Positions 36,650 to 46,080 are shown, numbered from the stretch's first letter. The stretch: DNA of 64,000 bases from an uncultured Bacteroidota bacterium (GCA_903847585.1 CAINEC010000172.1:2717-66716), one strand, 5' to 3'. Notes: generated by a model not told the origin, from the sequence alone. Numbers and translations are program-made.

Positions 36650-38755
36650 GTGAACAAGAAATCAAAGAACATTATTCCAGAGAAAAAAATGGTAGTAGAT
36701 AATACTCCTTTCAATTGGACACCTGTTTATTTTTTCGTCATCTTGTTTTCCTTTCTGCTTTACGCAAATACTATCAATCATGATTTCACTGTTGACGATG
36801 GAACAGTAATCGCCAATAACAGCTTTACCAAAAAAGGCGTTGATGGAATCAAAGATATTTTCACGAACTCCTATCGCGCAGGATTCTGGGATAGAAAAGA
36901 AGGCTTATACCGTCCACTATCAGTTGCCATGTTTGCTATAGAGTATCAAATAGGAAAAGGATCTCCGCTTCCAGGACATATCATGAATATCATTTTTTAT
37001 ATTCTTACATCGATAGTAGTGCTTAGCGTTCTTAAACGAATACTTCAAAATTTCCATCCGCTAATTCCTATTGTTGCTACTTTATTGTTTGTCGCCCACC
37101 CTATTCATACTGAAGTGGTGGCTAATATTAAAAGTCGTGATGAATTACTAAGCTTCTTCTTCGGAATTCTTACACTCAAACTTTTGTTTAACTACCTAGA
37201 TAAAAATAAAATCCATTGGATGATTTTATCTTGCCTTGCCTTCCTGCTAGCATTATTCAGTAAAGAATCAAGTGTAACATGGATTGGAGTATATCCGTTA
37301 GCGTTATGGTTCATAACAGATAAAAAAATAATGGATATCGTTAAACTATCTATTCCTTATTTGGCATTGTTTGCTTTGTTTATGTTCATTCGTATGAAAA
37401 TCTTAGGGACGATAACTGGCGAGCAAGAAATTTTACTGATTAACAATTCGCTTGTAGGAGCGCCTGATAAAGCATCACAACTGGCAACAGCGTTCGGAAT
37501 TTTGGCGAGGTATGTAGGATTACTTATTATACCTGCATCGCTTGTTTTCGATTACTCTTATAATACCATTCCTAATATTACATTTGGTAATCCTTTGGCT
37601 TTAGTTGGTTTTATTCTTACTATAGGCGGTTTAATTTATGCTATTCGATTATTATCCAAAAAATCTTTGATTGCATTTGCTATACTTTTTTACCTCGGAA
37701 GTATTTCATTGCTCTCCAATTTATTTCTGACACTAGAAGCTACGATGGGAGAACGATTTGTATATACTGCTTCCTTCGGATTTTGTTTACTTGTTGCTTT
37801 ATTGATCGATAAAATTTTCAAAGTTTCAAATGAAAAAAATAAGACAAGTTCAATTGCTGCTATTTTAAAACCAAATGGAACATCTATTTTTTTACTTTTA
37901 ATTTTAATTGCCTTCTCTGCTCGCACTTATTCACGAAATGGTGATTGGAAAGATAACATTACACTTCTTTCACATGACGTTAAAATTTCATCAGAAAGTG
38001 CTCGTATTCGTTATGCATATGGTAGCGCTTTACTTGTTGAGAAAGCCCTAAAAGAAAAAGATAACAATCAGAAAACGATATATCTTGACCAAGCCATTGA
38101 GCAATTAACAAAAGGAGTTAGTCTTATACCAAACTACAATGATGCATGGTATAATTTAGGAGTAGCCTATAAAGAGAAAAATGATTTCAAGAATGCAGTA
38201 TATGCTTTTGAACAAGCGCGCAGTTATAAAGCTTTTGATACCGATGAAAAATTATCAAATGCTGGTGTTGCCTATGGAAGCAATGGACAATTAGATAAAG
38301 CTGTTGCCGACTTACGTGCTGCTGTTGCTTTAAATCCAAATTCATCCGACAATTATAATAACCTTGGATTATACCTTGGCGAAAGTAAAATGTATGAGGA
38401 ATCGTTTGCATGCTTTGAAAAAGCAATTGCGATTAAACCTAACTTTGATAAAGCCTATTACAACTGGGGGAATATTTATGCGCAGCAAAATAATTTTAAA
38501 GAAGCCATCACTAATTACAAAAAAGCGCTTTCTTTAAATCCATCATATGCAGATGCATATAACAATCTTGGAAATTGTTATGCGGTGATGGGTATCAAAG
38601 ACTCTTCCCTATATTGGTTTAATGAATCCGTTAAACTAGATCCTTCTAACGGGAAGGCATGGGTGAATTTAAGTATTACCTACCGAATGATGGGAGATAC
38701 AATCAAAGCAAATGAATGTTTACTAAAAGCCCGAGAATTAGGGTTTAACTTTTAA
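36650..38755 (+). CDS. TMTC-like polytopic membrane protein (putative GT-C glycosyltransferase) with C-terminal TPR repeats
   Basis: 701 aa. The N-terminus reads 'LLYANTINHDFTVDDGTVIANN', 'GLYRPLS' and 'GHIMNIIFY', as in TMTC/DUF1736-type proteins. It has about 10 TM segments and then about 6 TPRs ('AWYNLGVAY', 'AYYNWGNIY', 'AYNNLGNCY'). The start is GTG 36650 or ATG 36689. Confidence 0.6.
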   Translation: MNKKSKNIIPEKKMVVDNTPFNWTPVYFFVILFSFLLYANTINHDFTVDDGTVIANNSFTKKGVDGIKDIFTNSYRAGFWDRKEGLYRPLSVAMFAIEYQIGKGSPLPGHIMNIIFYILTSIVVLSVLKRILQNFHPLIPIVATLLFVAHPIHTEVVANIKSRDELLSFFFGILTLKLLFNYLDKNKIHWMILSCLAFLLALFSKESSVTWIGVYPLALWFITDKKIMDIVKLSIPYLALFALFMFIRMKILGTITGEQEILLINNSLVGAPDKASQLATAFGILARYVGLLIIPASLVFDYSYNTIPNITFGNPLALVGFILTIGGLIYAIRLLSKKSLIAFAILFYLGSISLLSNLFLTLEATMGERFVYTASFGFCLLVALLIDKIFKVSNEKNKTSSIAAILKPNGTSIFLLLILIAFSARTYSRNGDWKDNITLLSHDVKISSESARIRYAYGSALLVEKALKEKDNNQKTIYLDQAIEQLTKGVSLIPNYNDAWYNLGVAYKEKNDFKNAVYAFEQARSYKAFDTDEKLSNAGVAYGSNGQLDKAVADLRAAVALNPNSSDNYNNLGLYLGESKMYEESFACFEKAIAIKPNFDKAYYNWGNIYAQQNNFKEAITNYKKALSLNPSYADAYNNLGNCYAVMGIKDSSLYWFNESVKLDPSNGKAWVNLSITYRMMGDTIKANECLLKARELGFNF

Positions 38756-38756
38756 T

Positions 38757-39290
38757 ATGAAAAAAATAGTCTTCCTCATTTTAGCTCTTGCAATTTTTTA
38801 TTTCAGTAGTTGTACTAGTGAAGTATCAAACAGCAGTGTTAAATTATTTAACAGCGCTGGATTTATCCGAAGTGAAATCGCATTGCTAAACAAAAGCAAT
38901 TCGCATTTGCTTAAAACAGCTGAGTACAATAGCAAGAAAGAAATATTTCAATTAGATACTGTTAATTGGAATAAAGAATTTGAATTAATTGTAGCCAGTA
39001 ATATCTCAGAAAAATATTTGAGTTATAAGATTGATTCGATTCAGCAGAACGATAGCACAATCATCACTTATTCATCAAAAGAAACCAAGTCGGAAGTAAG
39101 AAAATTTGTCGTGGTGAAATATCAAAACACGATTAAAAGAATTGCCATTGAACGAATGAAAGAAAATGCCTTTTATTATTCAAAGCAAGAGATTGAATAT
39201 GTCCCTCAAACATTTTTCAGTATTTATGCAAAAGAGAAAATGATTTTGTCGGACACCACTTATTACCGAATTACAGGAGTAATTAACTAA
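38757..39290 (+). CDS. Lipoprotein, hypothetical
   Basis: 177 aa with the lipobox 'YFSSCT'. It starts 1 nt after the previous stop. Confidence 0.5.
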   Translation: MKKIVFLILALAIFYFSSCTSEVSNSSVKLFNSAGFIRSEIALLNKSNSHLLKTAEYNSKKEIFQLDTVNWNKEFELIVASNISEKYLSYKIDSIQQNDSTIITYSSKETKSEVRKFVVVKYQNTIKRIAIERMKENAFYYSKQEIEYVPQTFFSIYAKEKMILSDTTYYRITGVIN

Positions 39291-39297
39291 AAAATTT

Positions 39298-40449
39298 ATG
39301 GTATACAATATTGGATTATTAATGGGAATGTGGCTCGGACAATTATTTCTTCCTGGTCAACCGTTACCTTTTAATTTTGAATTCAAAGAAGAGAAGGGCA
39401 ATATCGTTTTTGTTATTCATAATGCAGAGGAGCGCATCGTATGTGATATTACAGATGTACGTGGCGACTCCATCTTTATTCATCCGCCATACTTTGATTC
39501 AGAAATTAAATTACATATTGAAGGAGATCGCTTACGTGGTAAGTGGGTTAACTACAGTAAAAAGGGGAATCCTGAAGTGGTATTTGTAGGATACAAAGGA
39601 GTAACAGAACGTTTTCCTGATAAAGGGAACACTACTTTAAATATTACTGGCAAATGGGGAACGTGGTTTGATGTCGATAGTCCTGATTCATCATTGGCTA
39701 TTGGTGTATTTAATCAAGATGGAAATCATGTAACAGGAACATTCTTAACTGAAACAGGTGATCATCGTTACCTCGAAGGCGTTATAGTTGGAAACACATT
39801 AAAGCTAAGTGTTTTTGATGGTGCGCATGCATGGCTCTATATTGCTGAAGTAAAAAATGATTCGATGAATGGAATGTTTTACTCAGGTAATACTTATAAA
39901 GCACCGTTTCATGCTAAAAGAAATGAAGGTGTTAAACTTCGTGACCCAAATACTATTACTCGCGTTGAGGGTGAATTAAATTTTAGCTTTCCTGATTTAG
40001 ATAGTACTATCGTATCCATAAAAGATAAACGCTTTCAGAAAAAAGCAACCATCATTCAGTTCATGGGATCATGGTGTCCGAACTGTATGGATGAAGCAAA
40101 GTACTTTAATGAGATTTACAAAACCTATCACGATCAAGGATTAGAAATTATCGGATTAACCTTTGAACGCAGCGCAGAATTTTCAAAAGCGAAAGCAAGT
40201 GCTGAACGTTTTGTGAAAAATCTTGATTTAAAATATCCTGTATTAATTGCTGGTGTAGCAGGAAAAGATAATGTGATGAAAGTGATTCCTCAGATTAAAG
40301 ATTTTATTTCTTTTCCGACAACTTTATTTCTTGATGATAAAGGGAAAGTGGTAAAAGTACATGCTGGATTTTCGGGACCTGCTACAGGAAAAGAATTTGA
40401 AATTTATAAATCGGAATTCGAAAAGACAATTAAAAAGCTTATTCGATAA
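39298..40449 (+). CDS. Thioredoxin-fold thiol-disulfide oxidoreductase (TlpA/ResA-like) with an extra N-terminal domain
   Basis: 383 aa. The C-terminal part 'ATIIQFMGSWCPNCMDE...GLEIIGLTFE' carries a CxxC motif. Confidence 0.7.
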   Translation: MVYNIGLLMGMWLGQLFLPGQPLPFNFEFKEEKGNIVFVIHNAEERIVCDITDVRGDSIFIHPPYFDSEIKLHIEGDRLRGKWVNYSKKGNPEVVFVGYKGVTERFPDKGNTTLNITGKWGTWFDVDSPDSSLAIGVFNQDGNHVTGTFLTETGDHRYLEGVIVGNTLKLSVFDGAHAWLYIAEVKNDSMNGMFYSGNTYKAPFHAKRNEGVKLRDPNTITRVEGELNFSFPDLDSTIVSIKDKRFQKKATIIQFMGSWCPNCMDEAKYFNEIYKTYHDQGLEIIGLTFERSAEFSKAKASAERFVKNLDLKYPVLIAGVAGKDNVMKVIPQIKDFISFPTTLFLDDKGKVVKVHAGFSGPATGKEFEIYKSEFEKTIKKLIR

Positions 40450-42480
40450 TTATTTATTGATAACCGTATTCGTAATTCGGTTCAAAGCAATTTTTAACTT
40501 GATTAACTCCTGATAGTGCATTAATAATTCATCAATATCAGCACCCACCTCTGCACGCTCCTTGATTTCATTTTGAAATTCCATCGCCTTTTTATTAGCC
40601 ATTTTTTTCTGAATATAGGCCATCGCATCAACTACTGTTTTATCAATACGATCTTTATCTAAACGAACGAAAATTCCTTTCGACTTCCAATCAGCCAATT
40701 CATATTTTGGTGTAACCAACGAAATGGCGAGTGGCTTTAATTCAGGACTTAAATTATTAATGAAAGTTTGTGAATTATATTCGGTTTCATTCTCCACCAG
40801 ATTAGCAAACTCCGCTAACAGTCCTGCATATCCTTCATTACTGAAATTGATTCCGTCTGTTTTAAGAATATCGAAAATAAAATCCTTTACTTTAATATAA
40901 ACCAACTCTGGCTTCTCCTCTTCTTCCTTCTTATCCGTTATTTTCTTTTTAGGTTTATTCTTATCCTGCTCTTCCTCTAAGTACTTATTCCAATCAGGCA
41001 ATTCAAAAATTTCTTCAGCATAATTTAAAAGAATACGAATAATTTCTTCCTCATGCACTTCAGTACTATGCTCATCATTGATTAGTTGCTCCTCTTCGTA
41101 TTCCTTTTCAATATTATCCAGCATTTCACCAGCATGATCAGGCATTGGTGCTTGCTGTTCCTCTGATTGACGATTGTTTCGTGCACGAATAATTTTATTC
41201 ATCTCTGCAATCAACACCGCCTCACTCATCTCCATTAAAGTAGATGCTTGTCGTAAGTAAGCTGCTCTTGTAATCGCATCTGGAACTACGGCAATCGTTT
41301 CTACAATATCACGAACTAACCCTGCTTTCTTAATTGGATCACCTGCTGTCTCACTCAACAATAATTTTGTTTTGAATGAAATAAAATCGACAGCAGAAAC
41401 AGTTAAGTAATCTAACAACTCTACAGTAGAAACTTTCCGAGAATACGAATCGGGATCTTCTCCATCAGGAAATAAAACCACACGCACATTCATTCCTTCT
41501 TCGAGAATTAAATTAATTCCACGTAAGGAAGCTTTGATACCCGCAGCATCACCATCATACAACACTGTAATATTTTTTGTATAACGACCAATTAAGCGTA
41601 TCTGCTCAGCCGTTAGTGATGTACCTGAACTTGCTACTACGTTTTCTATTCCTGCTTGATGTAAAGAAATTACATCCGTATATCCTTCTACTAAATAACA
41701 AACGTCTTTCTCAACAATCGACTTCTTCGCATGTGAGATACCGTATAAACTTTTACTCTTGAAATAAATTTCTGTCTCCGGCGAGTTTAAATACTTCGGA
41801 CTCTTCGGATCTGTTTTTAAAATACGTGCTCCGAAAGCAATCGTACGACCTGTTAAGCTCGCTACAGGAAACATCACACGACCACGAAAACGATCATATT
41901 TCTTTTGCTCGTTAACGATAAGCAATCCTGCCTTCTCTAAAATTTCTTCTTTATATCCAGCAGACGTTGCAGATGAAGTAAGTCCGTCCCATTTATCAGG
42001 TGAAAATCCTAATTCAAATTTACGGATGATCTCATCCGTAAATCCACGTTCCCTAAAATAACTTAATCCGATGGCAATACCTTCATCGTTATTCCACAGA
42101 TAATCGACATAATAGTTTTTTGCAAAATCCATTACGGCAAACAAACTCTCACGTTGAGATTGTGCCTCCATCATTTCTGCTGATGGCGCTTCCTCTTCAA
42201 TAGTGATATTATACTTGCCAGCGAGGTAACGTAATGCTTCTGGAAACGAAAGATGCTCATGCTCCATCATGAATGTAACAGAATCACCTGCCTTACCGCA
42301 ACCGAAGCATTTGAAAAATCCTTTTGCAGGCGATACCGTGAACGATGGGGTACGCTCGTTGTGAAAAGGACAAACACCTAACAGATTAGCGCCTCGCTTC
42401 TTCAACGACACAAAATCACCTACCACCTCTTCAATGCGGCAGGCTTCTAAAATTCGTTCTTTTGTTTCAGGCGTAATCAC
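40450..42480 (-). CDS. dnaG: DNA primase
   Basis: 676 aa with a GTG start. It has the zinc finger 'CPFHNERTPSFTVSPAKGFFKCFGCG', the TOPRIM motifs 'LVEGYTDVISL' and 'LYDGDAAG', and an acidic insertion. Confidence 0.9.
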   Translation of the reverse strand: MITPETKERILEACRIEEVVGDFVSLKKRGANLLGVCPFHNERTPSFTVSPAKGFFKCFGCGKAGDSVTFMMEHEHLSFPEALRYLAGKYNITIEEEAPSAEMMEAQSQRESLFAVMDFAKNYYVDYLWNNDEGIAIGLSYFRERGFTDEIIRKFELGFSPDKWDGLTSSATSAGYKEEILEKAGLLIVNEQKKYDRFRGRVMFPVASLTGRTIAFGARILKTDPKSPKYLNSPETEIYFKSKSLYGISHAKKSIVEKDVCYLVEGYTDVISLHQAGIENVVASSGTSLTAEQIRLIGRYTKNITVLYDGDAAGIKASLRGINLILEEGMNVRVVLFPDGEDPDSYSRKVSTVELLDYLTVSAVDFISFKTKLLLSETAGDPIKKAGLVRDIVETIAVVPDAITRAAYLRQASTLMEMSEAVLIAEMNKIIRARNNRQSEEQQAPMPDHAGEMLDNIEKEYEEEQLINDEHSTEVHEEEIIRILLNYAEEIFELPDWNKYLEEEQDKNKPKKKITDKKEEEEKPELVYIKVKDFIFDILKTDGINFSNEGYAGLLAEFANLVENETEYNSQTFINNLSPELKPLAISLVTPKYELADWKSKGIFVRLDKDRIDKTVVDAMAYIQKKMANKKAMEFQNEIKERAEVGADIDELLMHYQELIKLKIALNRITNTVINK

Positions 42481-42764
42481 TGTGCTAAAATACGAAAATT
42501 AGGGGGGAATAAAAGGGGGGTAATAATCTGTTTTAATTATTTGAACAGCATCATGGACATAAGATAAACGTTTGTAAACGACTATAAGTACTTAATAACC
42601 GACTATCCATTGTACTGCCATTTAAATTTGCGCCTAAGAATAGAATAAAATTTTATGAATCTTAATAAGTCAGATTCTTCTAAATGGTGTAGGATAAATG
42701 AACGTAGAGTTGTTTTACTTACTCAATTTAATTGTATTTCTGTTCTCCTATACAATAATAATAC

Positions 42765-42795
42765 TTGCAATTTGTTCCATTATTCGTTAACTTTG
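42765..42795 (+). promoter_or_regulatory. Candidate Bacteroidota-type promoter (TTG ... TAacTTTG) for the HigB-like/HTH pair
   Basis: TTG lies at 42765-42767 and 'taactttg' at 42788-42795, which matches the TAnnTTTG -7 consensus. Spacing is 20 nt, and the ORF begins at 42800. Confidence 0.3.
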
Positions 42796-42799
42796 TAAA

Positions 42800-43174
42800 T
42801 TGGAGAAATTAAGAGAGCTACATTTCTACAAAAATTATTTTTTTGACTTTTTTGATTCACAACCAGAAAAAGTTAAAAATAAAATTGATCAAGTATTATA
42901 TGTAATTAGCATCGCAGAAAGAATTCCCAAAAAATTCTTTGATCACATATCCGGTACTGATGGTTTGTATGAAATTAGAGTAGAGTTTAACAGTAATATT
43001 TATAGAATATTTTGCTGTTTTGATGAAGGAAATATCGTAGTTCTATTTAATGGATTTCAAAAGAAAGCGCAAAAAACTCCTAGTTCAGAAATCGAACGTG
43101 CTTTGAAAATTAAAAGAGAATATTTTAACGAAAAACAAATTAAAGGTCATGAGAAAAAAAATAGAGAAAACTAA
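42800..43174 (+). CDS. RelE/HigB-superfamily toxin (phage Gp49-like, DUF891-type)
   Basis: 124 aa: 'FYKNYFFDFFDSQPEKVKNKI...GTDGLYEIRVEFNSNIYRIFCCFDEGNIVVLFNGFQKKAQKTP'. It uses a TTG start, and there is no upstream in-frame ATG. Confidence 0.7.
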   Translation: MEKLRELHFYKNYFFDFFDSQPEKVKNKIDQVLYVISIAERIPKKFFDHISGTDGLYEIRVEFNSNIYRIFCCFDEGNIVVLFNGFQKKAQKTPSSEIERALKIKREYFNEKQIKGHEKKNREN

Positions 43175-43460
43175 AAACTTGACTTCTTTCGATGAACATC
43201 TTACCAAGCGATATGGTAAGATGAGAACTAAAAAAAGAACTGAATTTGAAATTAAAGCAAAAGCATTTGCCATTGGAGAAATCATTAAAGAAGAGCGTAA
43301 ACTTTCACACATGACACAAGAACAACTTGCAGAGAAAACAGGAACCCGTAAAAGTTTCATCTCAAGAATTGAAAATGGTCATAGCGATATTCAGTTATCA
43401 ACTTTATACCGATTATTAGAAATTGGACTAGGTAAAACTGTTTCGTTAACTATTAGTTAG
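43149..43460 (+). CDS. XRE-family HTH antitoxin (HigA-like)
   Basis: 103 aa: 'MTQEQLAEKTGTRKSFISRIENGHSDIQLSTLYRLL'. It overlaps the toxin gene by 26 nt, in toxin-first order. Confidence 0.75.
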   Translation: MRKKIEKTKNLTSFDEHLTKRYGKMRTKKRTEFEIKAKAFAIGEIIKEERKLSHMTQEQLAEKTGTRKSFISRIENGHSDIQLSTLYRLLEIGLGKTVSLTIS

Positions 43461-43603
43461 AATTTAGAAAATAAAAATTAATACTTACTTTTGATACTTG
43501 ACACTAAAATATCAGTTAAAATAAAAATGTAAATTTGAAAAACTAAACATAAATCAATGACCTAAAAAAAATAGCCTTCATGGCTAACATATAATATTAG
43601 CGT

Positions 43604-43763
43604 TTGCTAATCATCTCGCAGAAGAAAAGTCGAAATTTCAATGTACAGCGGGGAAGTAAAAGCAAAACGTCTACGGTAAAGCGTGGGCGTTGCTTTACTT
43701 TGCTGTACAGGGCTTCGACTCCCTCTTCTGCAAGTAGTGGCAATTGTCCCACGCTCGTTTTTT
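43604..43763 (+). ncRNA. Candidate structured RNA (unclassified), either a 5' leader of the LamG gene or an independent sRNA
   Basis: Five nested helices: P0 43604-09/43738-43, P1 43618-25/43724-31, P2 43628-34/43714-20, P3 43642-49/43702-09 and P4 43676-82/43692-98. The P4 loop gtggg is complementary to cccac at 43748-52. A T6 tract lies at 43758-63. Confidence 0.4.
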
Positions 43764-43810
43764 ATACCAACTCTACTCAGGGGCAGAGTAGAACAAATCT
43801 TATTTTAAAA

Positions 43811-45097
43811 ATGAAAAACAATTACCAAAAAACTTCAACAACAAGAAGTAAAAAACAAATTAGCAACCTTGTTTTGCTAATAGTAATGTTATTGATGAGC
43901 GCTTCTTCTTTAAAAGCGCAAGTCCCAAGTTACGTTCCTACCAACGGACTAGTTGGCTGGTGGCCGTTTAACGGAAATGCCAATGATGAAAGTGGAAATG
44001 GGAATAATGGAACACCAATAAATGGAGTTTCTTTAACAAATGATAGAAATGGTAGTCCAAATAGTTCATTTAGTTATGATGGTTTTGATGACTATATTTC
44101 AATGTCGTCAATGAATAATATTCCTGTAGGAAATAACGCAAGATCAATAAGTGTTTGGATGTTTCCCACAAGTCTTTCAACAACATGGACTTGGAATGCC
44201 GTAGCATATGGTAGTCCATCAACAAATAATGCCTTTATGTTTGGACTGGCAAATAACTCTATTGTTGTTCAAGGTTGGACTAATGGCTATGATGCTCCAT
44301 ACTTTTATCCATTAAATCAATGGTTAAATGCTGTTTGTACATATGATGGTTTAAATGTTTTTATTTATGTAAACGGTAGTCTAGTTGGTAGCGGAACCAT
44401 TCCTAATTTAAATACAACAGGTTCTAACTTTTATTTCGGAATTAGACCATCACTAGTTTACGGATATTTCCCAGGTAAATTAGATGATATCGGTATCTGG
44501 AATCGTGTGCTCACACAACAAGAAATTACAGCATTATACAATGGTTGTCAGCTTTCCATCAATACTCAACCAACTAATCAAAATATTACTGTTAACAATA
44601 ACGCTCAATTTATAGTTAATTCATCAGACCCTAATGCAACCTACCAATGGCAAACGGATCTTGGAGTAGGTTTTCAAAATCTAAGCAGTGTAGGTCAATA
44701 TAGCGGGGCTAATAATGATACCTTAATTGTTTCTTACGTAACCTTCGCAAATAATAACCAACCTTTCCGTTGTATTGTAAATTCAGGTTCTTGCTCTGAT
44801 ACTTCTAACGTTGCCGTATTAACGGTAAACAATAATGTGGGTATTAACGAAATTTCAAATAACAATTTGTTTGCTATTTACCCTAACCCAGCTAATACTA
44901 TCATTAATATTAAATCAGATGCCCAACTAATTGGGAAAAAGTATTTCATTTTCGATAATTTAGGTAAAACTATTTTAACAGGAAAAATTACTTCTGAAAA
45001 TATGTCCATCGATATAAATAATTTATCGGAAGGAAATTATTTAATTGGCATAGATGATAATTCAAAAAAGCAATCATTTAAAGTGATTAAAAATTAA
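43811..45097 (+). CDS. T9SS cargo protein with a LamG/concanavalin-A-like lectin domain, an Ig-like domain and a type-A CTD
   Basis: The ATG at 43811 gives a signal peptide ending 'SSLKAQ'. LamG pattern: 'GNANDESGNGNNGT', 'FSYDGFDDYISM', 'VCTYDG...IYVNGSLVG', 'GKLDDIGIWNRVLTQQEI'. The tail is 'FAIYPNPANTIINIKS...GNYLIGI'. Confidence 0.8.
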   Translation: MKNNYQKTSTTRSKKQISNLVLLIVMLLMSASSLKAQVPSYVPTNGLVGWWPFNGNANDESGNGNNGTPINGVSLTNDRNGSPNSSFSYDGFDDYISMSSMNNIPVGNNARSISVWMFPTSLSTTWTWNAVAYGSPSTNNAFMFGLANNSIVVQGWTNGYDAPYFYPLNQWLNAVCTYDGLNVFIYVNGSLVGSGTIPNLNTTGSNFYFGIRPSLVYGYFPGKLDDIGIWNRVLTQQEITALYNGCQLSINTQPTNQNITVNNNAQFIVNSSDPNATYQWQTDLGVGFQNLSSVGQYSGANNDTLIVSYVTFANNNQPFRCIVNSGSCSDTSNVAVLTVNNNVGINEISNNNLFAIYPNPANTIINIKSDAQLIGKKYFIFDNLGKTILTGKITSENMSIDINNLSEGNYLIGIDDNSKKQSFKVIKN

Positions 45098-45117
45098 ACG
45101 CTAATAAAAATTATTTC

Positions 45118-45148
45118 AAGCCATGAGAAAAAACTCATGGCTTTTTTT
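45118..45148 (+). terminator. Rho-independent terminator after the LamG gene
   Basis: Stem aagccatgag/ctcatggctt, loop aaaaaa, then T7. Confidence 0.6.
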
Positions 45149-45317
45149 CAGTACATTGAAATCCATTTAAGACTTCAAACAATTATAGAGAGATAGACTC
45201 AATCTCTTGAAAGTTATTTTTATTTAATCTAAATGATGCCTCACCTTTTTATCGATATTTCGCATCGCATTATTATAATAGAAATTACTAGATAATACTT
45301 TTAACAAATTGTTTTTG

Positions 45318-45325
45318 TATATTTG
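45318..45325 (+). promoter_or_regulatory. Candidate -7 box (TAtaTTTG) just upstream of the DUF433 gene
   Basis: 'tatatttg' matches TAnnTTTG and ends 4 nt before the ATG at 45330. No good -33 TTG was found. Confidence 0.25.
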
Positions 45326-45329
45326 AAAT

Positions 45330-45572
45330 ATGAAGAACGTTAGAGATTTCATTACAATTGATCAAGAAATACTTTCAGGACAGCCTGTTTTTAAAGGGAC
45401 AAGGGTTCCTGTGGTTACCTTATTCAGTCATTTGGAAAAAGGCGTATCGCTAAATGAATTTTTAGAAGATTTTCCAACCGTAGAAAAGTCAACTGCAATT
45501 GCTGTTTTAGAGTTAGCAGAAAACTTATTTTCTAATGAAAAAATAATCAAGTTTTATGAAACTGCTGCTTGA
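45330..45572 (+). CDS. DUF433-type small protein (antitoxin-like partner)
   Basis: 80 aa: 'ITIDQEILSGQPVFKGTRVPVVTLFSHLEKGVSLNEFLEDFP'. Confidence 0.7.
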   Translation: MKNVRDFITIDQEILSGQPVFKGTRVPVVTLFSHLEKGVSLNEFLEDFPTVEKSTAIAVLELAENLFSNEKIIKFYETAA

Positions 45573-45879
45573 TGAAAACTTACCAAAGCGTTTAAAATCT
45601 GATTTCCCGAACCATCAAGTTTTCACTGTACGTGATATGGGTTGGAATGGGAAGAAAAATGGTGAGCTTATGAAGTTATTAATTGAAAATAATTTTAATG
45701 CATTAATCACCTTTGATAAAAATTTACAATTCCAACAAAACTTTGAAAAATACCAGTTGCCTGTTATTGTTCTAAACGCAAGTGATAACACCTATCTCAA
45801 TTTACAACAACTTGCTTCAAAAATTAATATTGTGCTTACAGGTAGATTGAGTATTGGAGTTACAGTTATTTCATTTTAG
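45556..45879 (+). CDS. DUF5615 / Mut7-C-like PIN-fold protein (toxin-like partner)
   Basis: 107 aa: 'MKLLLDENLPKRLKSDF...'. It overlaps the DUF433 gene by 17 nt. Confidence 0.65.
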   Translation: MKLLLDENLPKRLKSDFPNHQVFTVRDMGWNGKKNGELMKLLIENNFNALITFDKNLQFQQNFEKYQLPVIVLNASDNTYLNLQQLASKINIVLTGRLSIGVTVISF

Positions 45880-45936
45880 TCATCTGAATAATTCCAAAGG
45901 TTATATAATATCAAATCTGAATTGAGAATAATTTCA

Positions 45937-45991
45937 TTTTCAAATTAACTAGTGATTTCTCTCTGTCGTAAACCGCACCAACTCCATTAAA
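45937..45991 (-). pseudogene. Detached second copy of the last 13 codons plus 3' flank of the polyprenyl synthase gene
   Basis: About 90% identical to 46085-46140. It reads MELVRFTTERNH* on the minus strand, like the real gene end, and differs only at synonymous positions and in the stop codon (TAG vs TGA). Confidence 0.6.
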
Positions 45992-45994
45992 TTA

Positions 45995-46080
45995 AAACCT
46001 CTCCCTCCCGATAGCTATCGGGATCCAAAGGAGAGGAGTAAATTTAGATAGTCCCTCCTTTGGAGGGATATAGGGAGGTC
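45995..46080. repeat. REP-like double-hairpin intergenic element, copy 2 (inverted relative to copy 1)
   Basis: It is the reverse complement of 435-507 with a short insertion ('cccgatagctatcggga', itself palindromic). It ends 17 nt before the ispB stop codon. Confidence 0.6.

Noticed and set aside
40447-40452. The convergent thioredoxin-like gene and dnaG abut stop-to-stop with no intergenic spacer or terminator.
   Set aside because: This is noted only as tight packing. No hairpin or repeat is visible, so nothing further can be supported.
42502-42530. Two G6 runs (aggggggaataaaagggggg) might form a G-quadruplex or regulatory element upstream of dnaG.
   Set aside because: There are only two G-tracts, which is too few for an intramolecular quadruplex, and the motif does not recur in the window.
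43572-43586. A small hairpin tagcc-ttcat-ggcta next to an A8 run might be a minus-strand terminator.
   Set aside because: The stem is only 5 bp, and no minus-strand gene reads into it.
43604-43810. The ORF-track version of the LamG gene starts at TTG 43604, adding 69 N-terminal residues.
   Set aside because: The extension is Ser/Arg/Thr-rich with no signal peptide. The ATG at 43811 gives a clean signal peptide, and the upstream DNA is better explained by nested RNA helices and a T-tract.
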